Positions 36,793 to 50,759 of a stretch of DNA of 64,000 nucleotides are shown here, piece after piece. The notes beneath the pieces are model-generated. The model saw only the letters and a program-made list of their open reading frames with translations, was not told where the DNA came from and made no database searches. Location: assembly GCA_002269645.1 (NCBI GenBank), contig NIVC01001253.1, forward strand, positions 1 through 64,000, in the 5' to 3' direction. This stretch comes from Macrostomum lignano. Taxonomy: Eukaryota. Made by a program: the position numbers and the translations under genes. Each line of letters starts with the position of its first letter. The stretch's first letter is position 1.

Positions 36793-38352
36793 TTAATCCA
36801 ACGGGAAGACTCGCAGACAACTATTCTGACGGTCGGCAACAACTAGCAACTCACTTGATTCTGACTGCACAACAATCAGACTATAGGGTTTTGAAAATAA
36901 GTTTTCTTCTTGCCATATCCTTCCAAAAGTCTGAAGAAGTTCTCCCGAGCATAAAAACGCACAAACTGTTTTATTCGCAGCATCTGAGACGAACAGAACG
37001 CCTCTGCTGTCCACAGCGACTTGAACAGGCCGGCTTAATCTGAGACCGGCCTCGGCAGGATAACTCGAGATCAGCTGACCGCTGATGGAGCATATTCTAC
37101 GAACCTTGCCGAGACTATAACAATCTACCAGCAAAATCTTGCTTCCGTGTAGGGCGATCTCGTCCAAATCTTCACCAAGGTGTGAAACGTCAAGTGAGCT
37201 CTCGAGATTTCCGGACTTCTTGCCTACTAAATGAACATGTTTTAAGTTCATATTTAATACAAACAGTTTGTCCATGTTCCCGCAAATGGCATGAACTCTT
37301 AAAGCACTCAGGCCCAGGCTCTCTGCCGTGATTATTCGAGTAATTTCTCCGCTCAGGTCAGACACTGTCACAGACCGAGACTGGCTCACGAACAGCATCT
37401 GCTTCTCATTGTCGCAGTGAAGTCCGGTGATCCATTCTCTCCAGTTCAGCTTTGAGTGGTACTCCAGCCTCTCGGTTCCATCGAGAGACACCACCTGCAA
37501 ATAGTCTACTTTTTTCTGGTCAAATGCAATAAAGATGCTCGGTTGAGGCAGCGGCTTGGTGCCAGAGCTCGATGGTCCAGCCTTTGCAATGCGACCTGCT
37601 GAGTCGCAGACAAATCCAGCAGTGTTTGAGCAGCAACACAGGTGACATGGTTGATCTTCAAGTTTGTCAATTGTGGTCATTGACCTGTTGGTCGAAGTCT
37701 GTCCGTCTCCGTCTTCAAGCCAGCACTGCTGCATCACGCTAGTCATATGCTTGTTGATGACGAGCTTCAGCTGCTGCACTCCTGCCGCGACGTCTCCGAC
37801 GGACCGAACGACCACATCACCGCTGAGTCCATGACTCACCGCGCTTTGCCGCTCGCGCAGCTTCAAACGAGTCTCGTTAAACTTCGCCGATCGCTCACTG
37901 GCGTCTTCCAGCCACAGCTCGGTGGTGGCTGCAAGCTTCGCCATCTCCCGCACATCTCCAGCCTCGGAAGCAGCCGTCAGGTCTTTCTCGCACTGCTCCG
38001 CCTCCGACGCGTCTCTCAGACGATCAGCTACCGAGTCGTGCACCGCCTGCACTCGAGCCTCTGTCCGCTGCCGCCACTGTCGCAGCTCCTCCTCCAGCTC
38101 GTCGAACATCTCTCTAACGTCCTCGATCTCTGCTGCTAGCGCGCTCTGCTCAGCTCGCAGCTGCAACGTGTCTGGAGTGTCCCTAAGAGCGCGCAGCTTC
38201 TTCATCAGGTTGTCCTTCTGCTCAGTGAGCTTGAGCACCTCCTTGTCGAAGTGAACTCGGCACAGAGACACACCGGTGCGGGGTCCCTCATCGTGGATCG
38301 GTTTATTGCATGCCCTGATGCTGCACTGAGTGGCGCTCGCGTCTGACGACAT
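36793..38352 (-). CDS. Intronless C2CH-finger + coiled-coil + NHL-repeat protein, copy 2 (519 aa, intact)
   Basis: Uninterrupted ORF with NHL motifs RPVQVAVDSRGVLFVSD, KPYSL..LLVVADRQNSCLRVF. Confidence 0.88.
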   Translation of the reverse strand: MSSDASATQCSIRACNKPIHDEGPRTGVSLCRVHFDKEVLKLTEQKDNLMKKLRALRDTPDTLQLRAEQSALAAEIEDVREMFDELEEELRQWRQRTEARVQAVHDSVADRLRDASEAEQCEKDLTAASEAGDVREMAKLAATTELWLEDASERSAKFNETRLKLRERQSAVSHGLSGDVVVRSVGDVAAGVQQLKLVINKHMTSVMQQCWLEDGDGQTSTNRSMTTIDKLEDQPCHLCCCSNTAGFVCDSAGRIAKAGPSSSGTKPLPQPSIFIAFDQKKVDYLQVVSLDGTERLEYHSKLNWREWITGLHCDNEKQMLFVSQSRSVTVSDLSGEITRIITAESLGLSALRVHAICGNMDKLFVLNMNLKHVHLVGKKSGNLESSLDVSHLGEDLDEIALHGSKILLVDCYSLGKVRRICSISGQLISSYPAEAGLRLSRPVQVAVDSRGVLFVSDAANKTVCAFLCSGELLQTFGRIWQEENLFSKPYSLIVVQSESSELLVVADRQNSCLRVFPLD

Positions 38353-38654
38353 TTTTAATGTTGAGATTTTAGCTGCTAAGCTCTTGAGGGCTTCTTCTGT
38401 ATTTATGCCTGATCAGAAACTTTACTGAGACATATGAAACAAACTCATTTATACAATTCGCTTCTTCAGTAAAATAAAATATTCTCTCCTAGCAAGTAGT
38501 AGAAGTAGAAGTAGTAGAGAGCAAGTAGAATTGACCCAAAATTATGTGCAGACGGCAAATGGAGAGGGGTTGGTGTATTTTTGTAAATAAGGTTTGCACA
38601 GAAGGCATAAATGTCCTGCTTTTGCCAACTTGTGATATCGTGCAAAGAAAAAGC

Positions 38655-38985
38655 GAACTGGGTTTGTAGCCTAGTGGTTAAAGCAGCGGGCTCACGACTG
38701 AAAGATCTAGATCTAGACGATTCTAGACCCAACCGGAACTAATTGTGTGCTTGAAGAAGACACCTAACTCTGCATTGCTTCAGTTCACCCAGCTGTAAAA
38801 TGTGTGCCAGCATTAGATGGGGTACAAGTAAATGAGGCTGTGTGTGGCGACCCCCCCTCTCCAAGTCATTCGACTGAACAGCCTTCAGAAGCGCTGCGCA
38901 GTAGCTACGGCTGAGCTGTCGGTCACACATCTGACAATTAGAGCAGGTGAAATGAATTATTACGACTATTATTAAACAACAACAG
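38655..38985 (+). mobile_element. tRNA-derived SINE, paralog of 28090-28410
   Basis: TAGCCTAGTGGTTAAAGC head and the same core and tail. Confidence 0.8.
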
Positions 38986-39405
38986 TGTACACTTATGTGC
39001 AGTCAGATTCGCAAAAAAGAGAACTTCACCCAGGCTTACTTCATGCCAACTTTTAAAACGAAGCATTTAAAAAGTTTGATGTAGTTTTGGACAATTCTTA
39101 AATGGTCTCTTATTGATGCTATCTAGACAACCCCGCACTTTAGCTATTGACAATTCTAGAAAACAGTTCTGACGAATTACAGAGTCGTAGAAATATAGAT
39201 CTCGATTTCTATGATTCATGCATGCTACGATTTTGTGACCTTAATGCTCGTGTTTATCCCGAATTCCGCTTTATTTGGTTGGTAACACTATTTATTAAGT
39301 GGACATTGGGCTGCCGTTGGCTGCTAGAATCATGAAAATGATTGCCACAATCCAGCCAAACGGTTGCTTTAGACTAAATGGCGTTACGGTCCTCCATACG
39401 CTACG

Positions 39406-39970
39406 ATGCAAGTCCGAACAAAACTATCGGATTCGAAGACTATATTTGCGTCTCGATGGCGTTTGAATCGCAACGTTAGCTGCTACGTTCGTCTCCTAAA
39501 GCTGTTTGCTGTTGCGGCAACTGTCGCCCTGCTGGTCAACACGCTGAAGGCCGTCGTGATCTGCGTGCTGGACGACATCAAGGCTGAAAGTTTGTCTTGA
39601 GGCGCAGATGGACAGGTGAGATCTCCGACCAAACTAAAGCTTGCGTGTTGTCAGCAGTTCATCTATCGCGGCAGTCCGGTTCCCGGTGTCCGCGAGGATC
39701 TGCGCGGCGTCGCTGCGGACTTTCCTGAGCAGCCCCTTTTGTTCTGTGAGAGGGCTGTCCTGCAGTCTGAGGCCCATTTAACGGTCTGAAGGTGGCGCTG
39801 TTCCCAGCAGTGGTAGAGGCTGTCCTGCTATACAGCTGTATACAATACTCCAATGCAATACAATGCTGAGTCCTGGACGCTGACGGACTAGCTTGACCAA
39901 CAAGTAGACGCGGCGCACGCTGGCCTGAGCGATCAGTTTCCAGTGCGACTGGCTTGTTTGGCTTCAGGCA
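39406..39970 (+). pseudogene. RTE-like RT relic, copy 2
   Basis: Near-identical to 28840-29400, with an extra CGA>TGA stop at ~39598. Confidence 0.75.
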
Positions 39971-40529
39971 ACATCCATATGACTGCAAACTCTTTTCACA
40001 TTTATTGATAGGGGCAGGTACATCAGTAACTTTCAAGTTTTATGCTTAAGTTTTGGCTTGACTTACGAGAAACATGTCTCTAGCACAGATACGCATTTGC
40101 ACTACTGTTAGTAATTTAGTCCGGGGAGGAAATATTGATAGTCAGGCTATTAAGGGTTTTAAACAAATGCTTTTGGAAGTAGGAAAGAGTTGGACCCCCA
40201 AATGAAGAGACTAAAAAGTTTACGAAAAATAGGGACTTCAGTAGGATTGTCTGGGTGAAAGTAGGTATTTTTTAAGTAATGAAACTTTTCCAAAAACATC
40301 TTTTTCTATTCTCTGCATTCAAATTCAATGGATTGGAGTGGTATGGTTCATTGTTGTATACTACAATACTAGGAACTTGGGAGGACCTCAGGAATCTCAG
40401 GCCCTGGACAGCGAAGTGTCAAAATGAGCGAGCCAATGAAATATTGATATTAACAAATAAACAATCCACCAATGCTGATGCTGACTTAGAACTTTGACCA
40501 ATCCATTGACGGGGCGCTTTATAAGACCT

Positions 40530-40880
40530 CCCCATTTGAAATCCCATCTCCCATTAAAAATCCTATTTCCCTATTCAGAAAACCCATCTCCCCATTTGAA
40601 ATCCCATCTCCCCATTTAAAAACCCCATCTCCTTATTCAGAAATCCCATCTCCCCATTTGAAATCCCACCTCCCCATTCAAAATCCCATCTCCCCTTGTA
40701 AAATCCCATCTCCCCATTTAAAAATCCCATCCCCCCATTTAAAAATCCCATCTCCCCATTCAAAAATCCCATCTCCCCATTCAAAAATCCCATCTCCCCA
40801 TTCAAAAATCCCATCTCTCCATTTGCAATCCCATTTCCCTATTTGGAATCTTATCTCCCCATTCAATAATCTCATCTCCC
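40530..40880. repeat. AAATCCCATCTCCCCATT minisatellite at the copy2/copy3 junction
   Basis: Same unit as in ACOT intron 2. Confidence 0.93.
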
Positions 40881-40964
40881 CTTGACACGTTTTCCAACAG
40901 TTTTTATTTTCAAGATCTAATTGGTCAGGATCATTGACAAAAACTTCCCATCACCCTATGGCAG

Positions 40965-41291
40965 GAGCTACCTGTGGAAAAGTCCACCTGCAGATTTCTG
41001 TTCCTATCCAGCCTCGATGACTACTCAATGCCTGTGGACACCGGAGCGCGTCTGGCTGCTCGAATTCGAAGATCTAACGGACAGCGCCGAGTTGATCACG
41101 TGGCCTATCCAGGTGCGGGTCACCTGCTAGAGCCGCCAATCAGCCCCTGCACCCCGCTGTGCTATCACGGACTCTACGGCTTGAACATGGACTATGGCGG
41201 CAATTCAAAACAGCATCACGAGGCTCAGGTAGACAGCTGGTGCAGAATTATTCAACTGTTTCGGGATCGAGCTGGATCCGGTCTCGGCTAG
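40965..41291 (+). CDS. Orphan duplicate of ACOT exon 3, copy 3; a +1 change near the end gives RDRAGSGLG* and removes the PTS1
   Basis: GGGAAGAG in copies 1/2 reads GGGATCGAG here; otherwise only 2 synonymous differences from copy 1. Confidence 0.65.
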   Translation, partial: ELPVEKSTCRFLFLSSLDDYSMPVDTGARLAARIRRSNGQRRVDHVAYPGAGHLLEPPISPCTPLCYHGLYGLNMDYGGNSKQHHEAQVDSWCRIIQLFRDRAGSGLG

Positions 41292-41385
41292 ACTGTAGCA
41301 TAAGATTAAACTGAGAATAATTGACAGCAAACATAAAATTATCAAATTGTTTTATTGCTTATTTAAGAATTTACCACTGTAACCC

Positions 41386-43171
<1,786 letters not shown>

Positions 43172-45489
43172 ATCGAGATGGATGCACCCCCACCCCTGTA
43201 TAACCGGAAAAACACCTAAAAGTAGATCCAGAAAAAACCACATCGTGACTAATTTGTAGGATTCACTGCTTAACCTAAGCTGAAAATCGAGGATCACTAT
43301 AAATGCAAATCCCTAAATTATTGGAATAAAAAAATAAGCTAAATTATTTGGGTCCTCCTCTCACTCACTCATGGGACTGACTCATTTACATTCTTCTATT
43401 CTATATAGGCTCTCGAAAGTGCATGTACCATGCATTAAGCAACATTTAAACACAAGAAGGATACGTCTGTGACTATGAGCAGTCTGCAATCTGTACATTC
43501 GATTATTGTCAATTTGATACTGCAGCAACTGGAAAAAAGTATGAATAAATGAAAATTAATCAACACATGGATATTAGGTACCCGTTCAGAGCTCATCTAC
43601 TTAATTATTGTTCTTCTTTGTCCAAGAAGTCCCTATCCCAGATCCTATGGAAGCGGCGTTTGGGTGCTGCACCTGCTGCTCGGGACAAAAACCCAGTCAT
43701 AAGCTCGTAGAGGAGAGGAGAGGTGAGAAGGGAGAAGAGAGGAGAGGAGAAAACAGAGGAGAGGAGAGGAGACCAGAGAAGAGAAGGGAGAAGAAAAGCG
43801 AGAGGAAATTATAGAGGAAAGAGAGCTGAGAATAGACACAAGCCGGCCTTGAGAGGGCCGCATAGCGAGGCTTGGCGGGTCCGCGAGCCGGAATTTGCCG
43901 ACCCCTATAATCTAGATGGTTACACATATATATAACCGGAAGAAAATCATGCGACTACAATTAAGGCACTCCAGCCGCAGAAGATTTTGGTGAGACTGTA
44001 ATGTCAAGTTTGTGCGCCTGAAGGGAATTGTTCAAGATGTCCAGTGAGAAGGCACGTCAATTATCCGCCTCAGCTGCGTTTGAGCTCGCTAGCAAAGTAT
44101 GAAGAAGTACTACTACTCACTTCCTTTTCTATGGGAAAACTAACCAGTTAGTCAAAATGCACAGAGTACTGTTGCCGGCACTAGCACCTGGCCATGCACC
44201 CGCTCTGACCCGTTATCACACCCGCTAGCTGCAGTCGTCTACCAAGAACAACAGTGCAATTAGTGCCTGCGAAGCCGTGCCCACCCCGGGTCGGCCAGAA
44301 TGCGGCGAATCTCTTCTCTTTTAACAGCGGCTCTTGCTAGTTTTCTTTCTTCTTCTTGTTGCTTTTTGGTTTGGCTTTGAGAAGAAAGCTTTTGTCCTTT
44401 CTGTTCTGGTTACGCCAGCTATTTGCCATGTTCCTTGTTCTGTTCTTTGCTTGGTGGTAGTGGAAGCTAATTCCATTAAATTCGAGTTTTACATGTACGT
44501 CCTAATCAAACAGTATCTTCTTGTGGTCTTTGATCGATTTTATACCAATCGCAGTAAAAACACTAAATCACTATATAATGAAACTGTCTGCATATACGAG
44601 TAGGCTCGTAATTTCCTTTTTTTAATTGCGATTGCGTTTATTAAAAATTATCAACTGGTGATATTGTAAGTTCCCGTTTATTTCGGCACTACAGTTGGCA
44701 AATGCACAACTGAACTTTTGTAGTGTTCTGTTCAGTTTAATCGAGGCATGGCTCTAGATAGGCTTGTGACGTAGTCGAGCAGGTTAAATCACTGCACTCC
44801 GAAGCAGGCCACCGGATGGTACACTCCGCTGCATGGACCGTAGCGCGAAGACTTCTCGCCAGACCTCTTGTCGGCGGAATCACCGCCCAATCTGGCTCGG
44901 GCCTCAGCCAGGATGACGCGGAGAAAATCATTCAGCTCCGATGGTGGCTGCTGGAAAATTTCCGGCTTTTAATTTTAAACAACTATTGGCTGTAGCCAGG
45001 TAAATTTTGCTATAAGGCGGAGGTACTTACAGAATCTTCAGACGCTGGTGATCGCATTGATTGGTTGACACCAGTCAGAGCTAAGATAATGATCAGCAAC
45101 ACAAAGATTACTTTGCCGCTCATTGTGTTTAATTAACTAGAGAACTAATAAGCAGATTCGTTGGCAATAAAAGTCATGACTATTTAAAAATGATGTCTCT
45201 TTTATATCCGAGTAGGTTGTCTAATTATGATTGAGGAAGCGCTGCTACTGGCTGTCGTGACCGAGGGCGAATGAGATAGTTTCGACCCGAAATTCCTCAA
45301 TCTTGATTGGTGATGGCAGCATCTGAATATGATCAGTTGTTGTATCCTCGTTGCGTGTTGAAGAAATATGTCGCTACATGTGCAATGATTCTAATTTACA
45401 GAAGATTAGGATGCTACTAGTTAAAAGCAGGGTTGTGTGCACCCTGGCGCACTTTAAGCGACATTGTCACACAACCGGCGAAAAGCATT

Positions 45490-46691
45490 GTTGTTAAACG
45501 AGGGTGGGAAGCCGGGGGCTACCCGCGGATCAGCCCAGGGGAGGGCTCTGCCGCTGAGGGGCACCTCCAGGGGCCTAAGCCCGAGATACCCTCCTGATTG
45601 GACCCCGACGTCTTGGCCAGGGGGAATTTTTGGAGCTACTAGCCCAAGCCTGTACAAGACACCGCCAACCCAATATTAGTGGAATCAGGGACGGTACAAG
45701 GACCGAATCCACCCAGGCCACCACCCAGCAGACAAGTCCTCGGGAGTGCGCTTCAAAAACAGAATTGGAATTGAAAATGTTTGGTATACTACTGAAAGCC
45801 GTCCAAGAGCGGGGAAAATCAGAAGTCTTGGAAAGGGCTTAACAATTGGAGCGAGTCTGGAAGGCTTGTATCCGAGGGCGAGTCTCCTATCAGGCTAGCG
45901 ACCAAAAAACCTATAGGGCTGCAAGCCACAAGGGGTATCGCCTATCCAGCTCTATATTGGAGGCCAGGCCAAGGGGTCGGGAAGGGGCACAAGGAGCAAG
46001 AGGACCCGGACTCAGCCGGTATCCCCGATTCGGGACGAACATCCTTCCCAGGACACCAATCCACTGTCAGGATGAGAGCCAGAGACACTTAGGCAGGGAG
46101 ACAATCAGAGGAGCCAGCAGATGGACCAAGGACAGAGCAGGATGGACCGGGCAGGGAGGGCAGAGCTCATAACTCCAAAGATGGGAAGGCAAACTAATGG
46201 CCAGATAGAAGAATAAAAGCATTAAAGCAAAGGGATAAAACCGCGCTGGGATGCCAGCCCAGAAAAAAAGAATGGCAGAAAGGAGGAGCACCTGAATCCT
46301 ACTAGCAGGCGGGCGGACCTGCAACCCGGGGCTCAGCCTCAGGGCTGGCATCAACTAGGCTCTACCGTACACTTTCGTGAATGGTCATTCTCTCCTGCAG
46401 GGCGGGTAAGACCGGGGGGCTCAGTCCCGTTCTAGCCACACTGCAGTCCAGAGTACACACTCACTCCAGGTACACCCCCCTAACCCAAGGCCGAGGGCCA
46501 ATAAAATTGGAATGTACGAAAAAAAAATGGTTGGGTTATTTTTAGAACAGGCACAGCCCCTCCGGGGCGGACCCTTAGTTAATTGGGCTAGCATAAGCCA
46601 GGTCAATCGGATTGCGCACAACCCTAAGACAAGCTACCAGAGAGGCAGCCAGGGTAAAAACAGTCAGAGACCGTCTTTACGGAAAAGCATT
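45490..46691. mobile_element. Unclassified ~1.2 kb insertion with a 10 bp direct flanking repeat
   Basis: GAAAAGCATT at 45480-45489 and 46682-46691; the site is uninterrupted in copies 1/2 (GAGAAGCATT at ~25400 and ~35972). Confidence 0.75.
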
Positions 46692-47827
46692 ACTGCCCCC
46701 ATTCCGCCGACTCCCCTGGGTCACACATACTCATATAGGAGTGTACAGCGGCCGTAACTTTATTTATCGTTAGGTAAGGTATGTACACTTTAATGTGCTT
46801 TGAGGGTTGGCCGTCAAGTTTGTTAATTGCACGAGCAGACCCAAGCCGAGATTCCAATTTAGTCCAAAAATAGTTAAAGTCGCTAAGTCACTAAAAGACA
46901 CAAAAAGTTATTCAAATCTGCAATGCTTAGCGCTCGTGATAGTGCCAAAATCGGGTAGGGTTGCTCGCGCTTAACAACAATTAAGTAGAGCAAACTCAAA
47001 ATCTTCATCTTCATCTTCATCTTCATCTTCAGGGCAGACGCGTCAATTAATCACACAGAACCAAGTTATATATTTTATTTAAGAAATGAAGACTGTACAA
47101 TGCCAAGTGCAAATCAATTTCAGTCCAGTCCGCTTAGCAAGAGAAAGAAAACCTAAATAAAGTTCAACGAGACTGCCAACGTAGCTAAAACACATTGAGT
47201 TGGCGGCTTGCACCCCCCATGGCTAACTGGCTGTTCAAACTTGGTTTCTGAGCCTTGATGTACATAGCCTCGAGAATGTTCAATTTGTTTTCTTTGCTAC
47301 AGGAGTCGATAACGTTATCATTAAGGGCGATAACGTTAATCGATAACGTTAAGGCGATAACGTTAAGGGCGATAACGATAACCGATAACGGTTATCGAAA
47401 TGATAGTATATAGTAGATTAATTTCTGTGTTTTTAATTTTTAAAGTAATGACCAGAACACATTGTAATTAATATTAAAATTTTTAAAAAACAGATTAAAC
47501 AATAAGTCAGATCCGCATTATTTATCAGAAAGAAGTTTTGAACTGGATGGCAATTCATTACTGTATTATGCTATGATAAATAAGATATCTAGTCGCGTCT
47601 TTAAGAATAAGAATACTGAATATCGGCACTAAAATATGTAGCACATCAAGCAAATTATACATAAATGGCTATAATAGGAGCGTTGCATTTCAAAGTCTTA
47701 ATTTAGCTTGCTTCTGCAACACAATAGTTCTAAAAGAATAAACAAAAATGTTAGAAATTTTCACGGAAATTTTAAATTCCAATAGAGTATCAATGATCCT
47801 TGATTTATAGGTTTGTTCGTTGGCTTT

Positions 47828-49384
47828 TTAATCCAACGGGAAGACTCGCAGACAACTATTATGACAATCGGCAACAACTAGCAACTCACCTGATTCTGAC
47901 TGCACAACAATCAAACCAAAGGGTTTTGAAAAAAAACTTTCTTCTTGCCGTATCCCGCCAAAAGTCTGAAGAAGTTCTCCCGAGCATAAAAACGCACAAA
48001 CTGTGTTATTCACAGCATCTGTGACGAACAGAACACCTCTGCTGTCCACAGCGACTTGAACAGGCCGGATCAATCTGCTATCGGCTTCGGCAGGATAACC
48101 CGAGATCAGCTGACCGTTGATGGAGCATATTTTACGAATCTTGCCGAGACTATTATCTACCAGCAAAATCTTGCTTCCGTGTAGGGCGATCTCGTCCAAA
48201 TTGTCACCAAGATGTGAAACGTCAAGTGAGCTCTCGAGATTTCCGGACTTTTTGCTGACTAAATTAACACCTTTTAAGTTCATATTTGACACAAACAGTT
48301 TGTCCATGTTCCCGCAAATGGCATGAACTCCTAAAGCACTCAGGCCCAGGCTCTCTGCCGTGATTATTCGAGTAATTTCTCCGCTCAGGTCAGAAACTGT
48401 CACAGACCGATACTGGCTCACAAACAGCATCTGCTTCTCATTGTCGCAGTGAAGTCCGGTGATAAATTCTCTCCAGTTCAGTTTTGAGTGGTACTCCAGC
48501 CTCTCGGTTCCATCGAGAGACACCACCTGCAAATAGTCTACTTTTTTCTCGTTAAACGAAATAAAGATGCTCGGTTGAGGCAGCGGCTTGGTGCCAGAGC
48601 TCGACTGTCCAGCCCTCACGATGCGACCTGCTGAGTCGGAGACAAATCCAGCAGTGTTTGAGCAGCAACACAAGAGACATGGTTGATCTTCAAGTTCGTC
48701 AATTGTAGTCATTGACCTGTTGGTCGAAGTCTTTCCGTCTCCGTCTTCAAGCCAGCACTGCTGCATCACGCTAGTCATATGCTTGTTGATGACGGGCTTC
48801 AACTGCTGCACTCCTGCCGCGACGTCTCCGACGGACCGAACGACCACATCACCGCTGAGTCCATGACTCACCGAGCTTTGCCGCTCGCGCAGCTTCAAAC
48901 GAGTCTCGTCAAAATTCACCGACCGTTCGCTGGCCTCTTCCAGCCACAGCTCGGTGGTGGATGCAAGCTTCGCCATCTCTCGCACGTCTCCAGCCTCGGA
49001 AGCAGCCGTCAGGTCCTTCTCGCACTGCTCCGCCTCAGCCGCGTCTCTCAGGCGATCAGCTACCGAGTCGTGCACCGCCTGCACTCGAGCCTCTGTCCGC
49101 TGCCGCCACTGTCGCAGCTCCTCCTCCAGCTCGTCGAACATCTCTCTAACGTCCTCGATCTCTGCTGCTAGCGCGCTCTGCTCAGCTCGCAGCTGCAACG
49201 TGTCTGGAGTGTCCCTAAGAGCGCGCAGCTTCTTCATCAGGTTGTCCTTCTGCTCAGTGAGCTTGAGCACCTCCTTTTCGAAGTGAACTCGGCACAGAGA
49301 CACTCCGGTGCGGGGTCCCTCATCGTGGATCGGTTTATTGCATGCTCTGATGCTGCACTGAGTGGCGCTCGCATCTAACGACAT
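47828..49384 (-). CDS. Intronless C2CH-finger + coiled-coil + NHL-repeat protein, copy 3 (518 aa, intact)
   Basis: Uninterrupted ORF, roughly 90% amino-acid identity to copy 2 by eye. Confidence 0.88.
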   Translation of the reverse strand: MSLDASATQCSIRACNKPIHDEGPRTGVSLCRVHFEKEVLKLTEQKDNLMKKLRALRDTPDTLQLRAEQSALAAEIEDVREMFDELEEELRQWRQRTEARVQAVHDSVADRLRDAAEAEQCEKDLTAASEAGDVREMAKLASTTELWLEEASERSVNFDETRLKLRERQSSVSHGLSGDVVVRSVGDVAAGVQQLKPVINKHMTSVMQQCWLEDGDGKTSTNRSMTTIDELEDQPCLLCCCSNTAGFVSDSAGRIVRAGQSSSGTKPLPQPSIFISFNEKKVDYLQVVSLDGTERLEYHSKLNWREFITGLHCDNEKQMLFVSQYRSVTVSDLSGEITRIITAESLGLSALGVHAICGNMDKLFVSNMNLKGVNLVSKKSGNLESSLDVSHLGDNLDEIALHGSKILLVDNSLGKIRKICSINGQLISGYPAEADSRLIRPVQVAVDSRGVLFVTDAVNNTVCAFLCSGELLQTFGGIRQEESFFSKPFGLIVVQSESGELLVVADCHNSCLRVFPLD

Positions 49385-50759
49385 TTTTAACGTTTTCTGT
49401 TAAGTTCTGTAAGGAATTTTCTTTATTATTTCTGAGCAGAAACTCTACTGCAATATATAGCTCGTAGACAATTCGTAGAATTGTTTTTATATGACCCGAA
49501 TTCTACAATACAAGGTAGGAAAGCGATGCATACTCTCTCTTCCATAAGTACGTTTTAGAGTTGTGGAAAAGGACTGTACAAAAACTAGTAGAATTGACCC
49601 AGAATGTACAGACGGAACAGACGTCTGGGTGGAGAGAGTTGATACCTTTTTGTAGATAGACTTTCGTGCAGAAGACATAACAATGTTTACAGGGTTTTTT
49701 TTCCTTTTTTTAAGCTTGTGACATCTCGTAAACAACAAGTGTACACTGTATGTGCAGTCAGATGCGCAGAAAATGAAGAACTTCATCCGGGCTTTTCTTT
49801 ATGTCCGAATTTAACACAAAGCTTTTTAGTAATGTAGAAGCTTAAGTATAATAGCTTGTATAAAAAATGAGCAAAAACTCCGGAGTAAGAGCTCAGGCTC
49901 AGAACATGAGTACGAGTAGCTGCTCAAAGCTGAGCAATTACTCTGAGTCCAAGCAAGTGCTCGTTTTCACCATAAAAAAGGAAAAACTCACTATATTGTT
50001 ATTGCTATTGCTCAGATTGCCTGAGCTAGAGCTCAGCTTGGTTTGGCGATAGACACAATTCCGAATGGGCATCCTGGACATAAGGAGTTGCTACTTGTCC
50101 GAGTTCTGCGAGTATTATAGTTGGAGCAAGGCTAATTTATTACTTGATGATAAGAGTTTTTGCACTGAGAGCTACAAGAGCTACAAGATTATGGCTAAGA
50201 AGACGACGATTTTTAAAAAAAATTTCACGTAAAGCGGACGGGAATGTAACCTCGACCTGACAAGATGGACCCAAGGGAGAGGAATCAGGAGATCAGGAAA
50301 AGCGGTCAGGCCGCCCTTGACCCACCGGCCCTTTTTGTCAACGACGGCAGTAGGTAGCCGACTCTGACGTCGCTAAAATTCAGACCAAACAACCCTGGAA
50401 GAGAATGAAGCGGAGAGATCAAGACAGAATGAAGCGAAGTGGAGAAAGTGAGGAGAAATATGGAAAAACCCAGGAAAAGAACAAAAAATTTAAAAACATA
50501 AAAAACCAAAAATGAGAGAAGACAGAAATCCAAAATTGAGTGGAAGCTGATGTAGAGATATCTGAAATACGGTACAAAGTAAGCTACGATCAGTAGTAAC
50601 GCGAAAATGCGAAAAACTCAAAATCTAAAAATTCCAAGTGGTCAGAATCTATATTTATAGACCACGAAAACAACGGAGGATCATTTTTCAACATTTACTC
50701 CTAGAACTCCGAATATGGTAATTGATGCTTGAAATCTATCTATACCCCTTTTGTTCCGT

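Larger units (their letters stand above)
30690..40880. other. Tandem segmental duplication unit, copy 2 (~10.2 kb)
   Basis: Near-identical to copy 1 throughout, including the SINE and RT relic. Confidence 0.9.
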
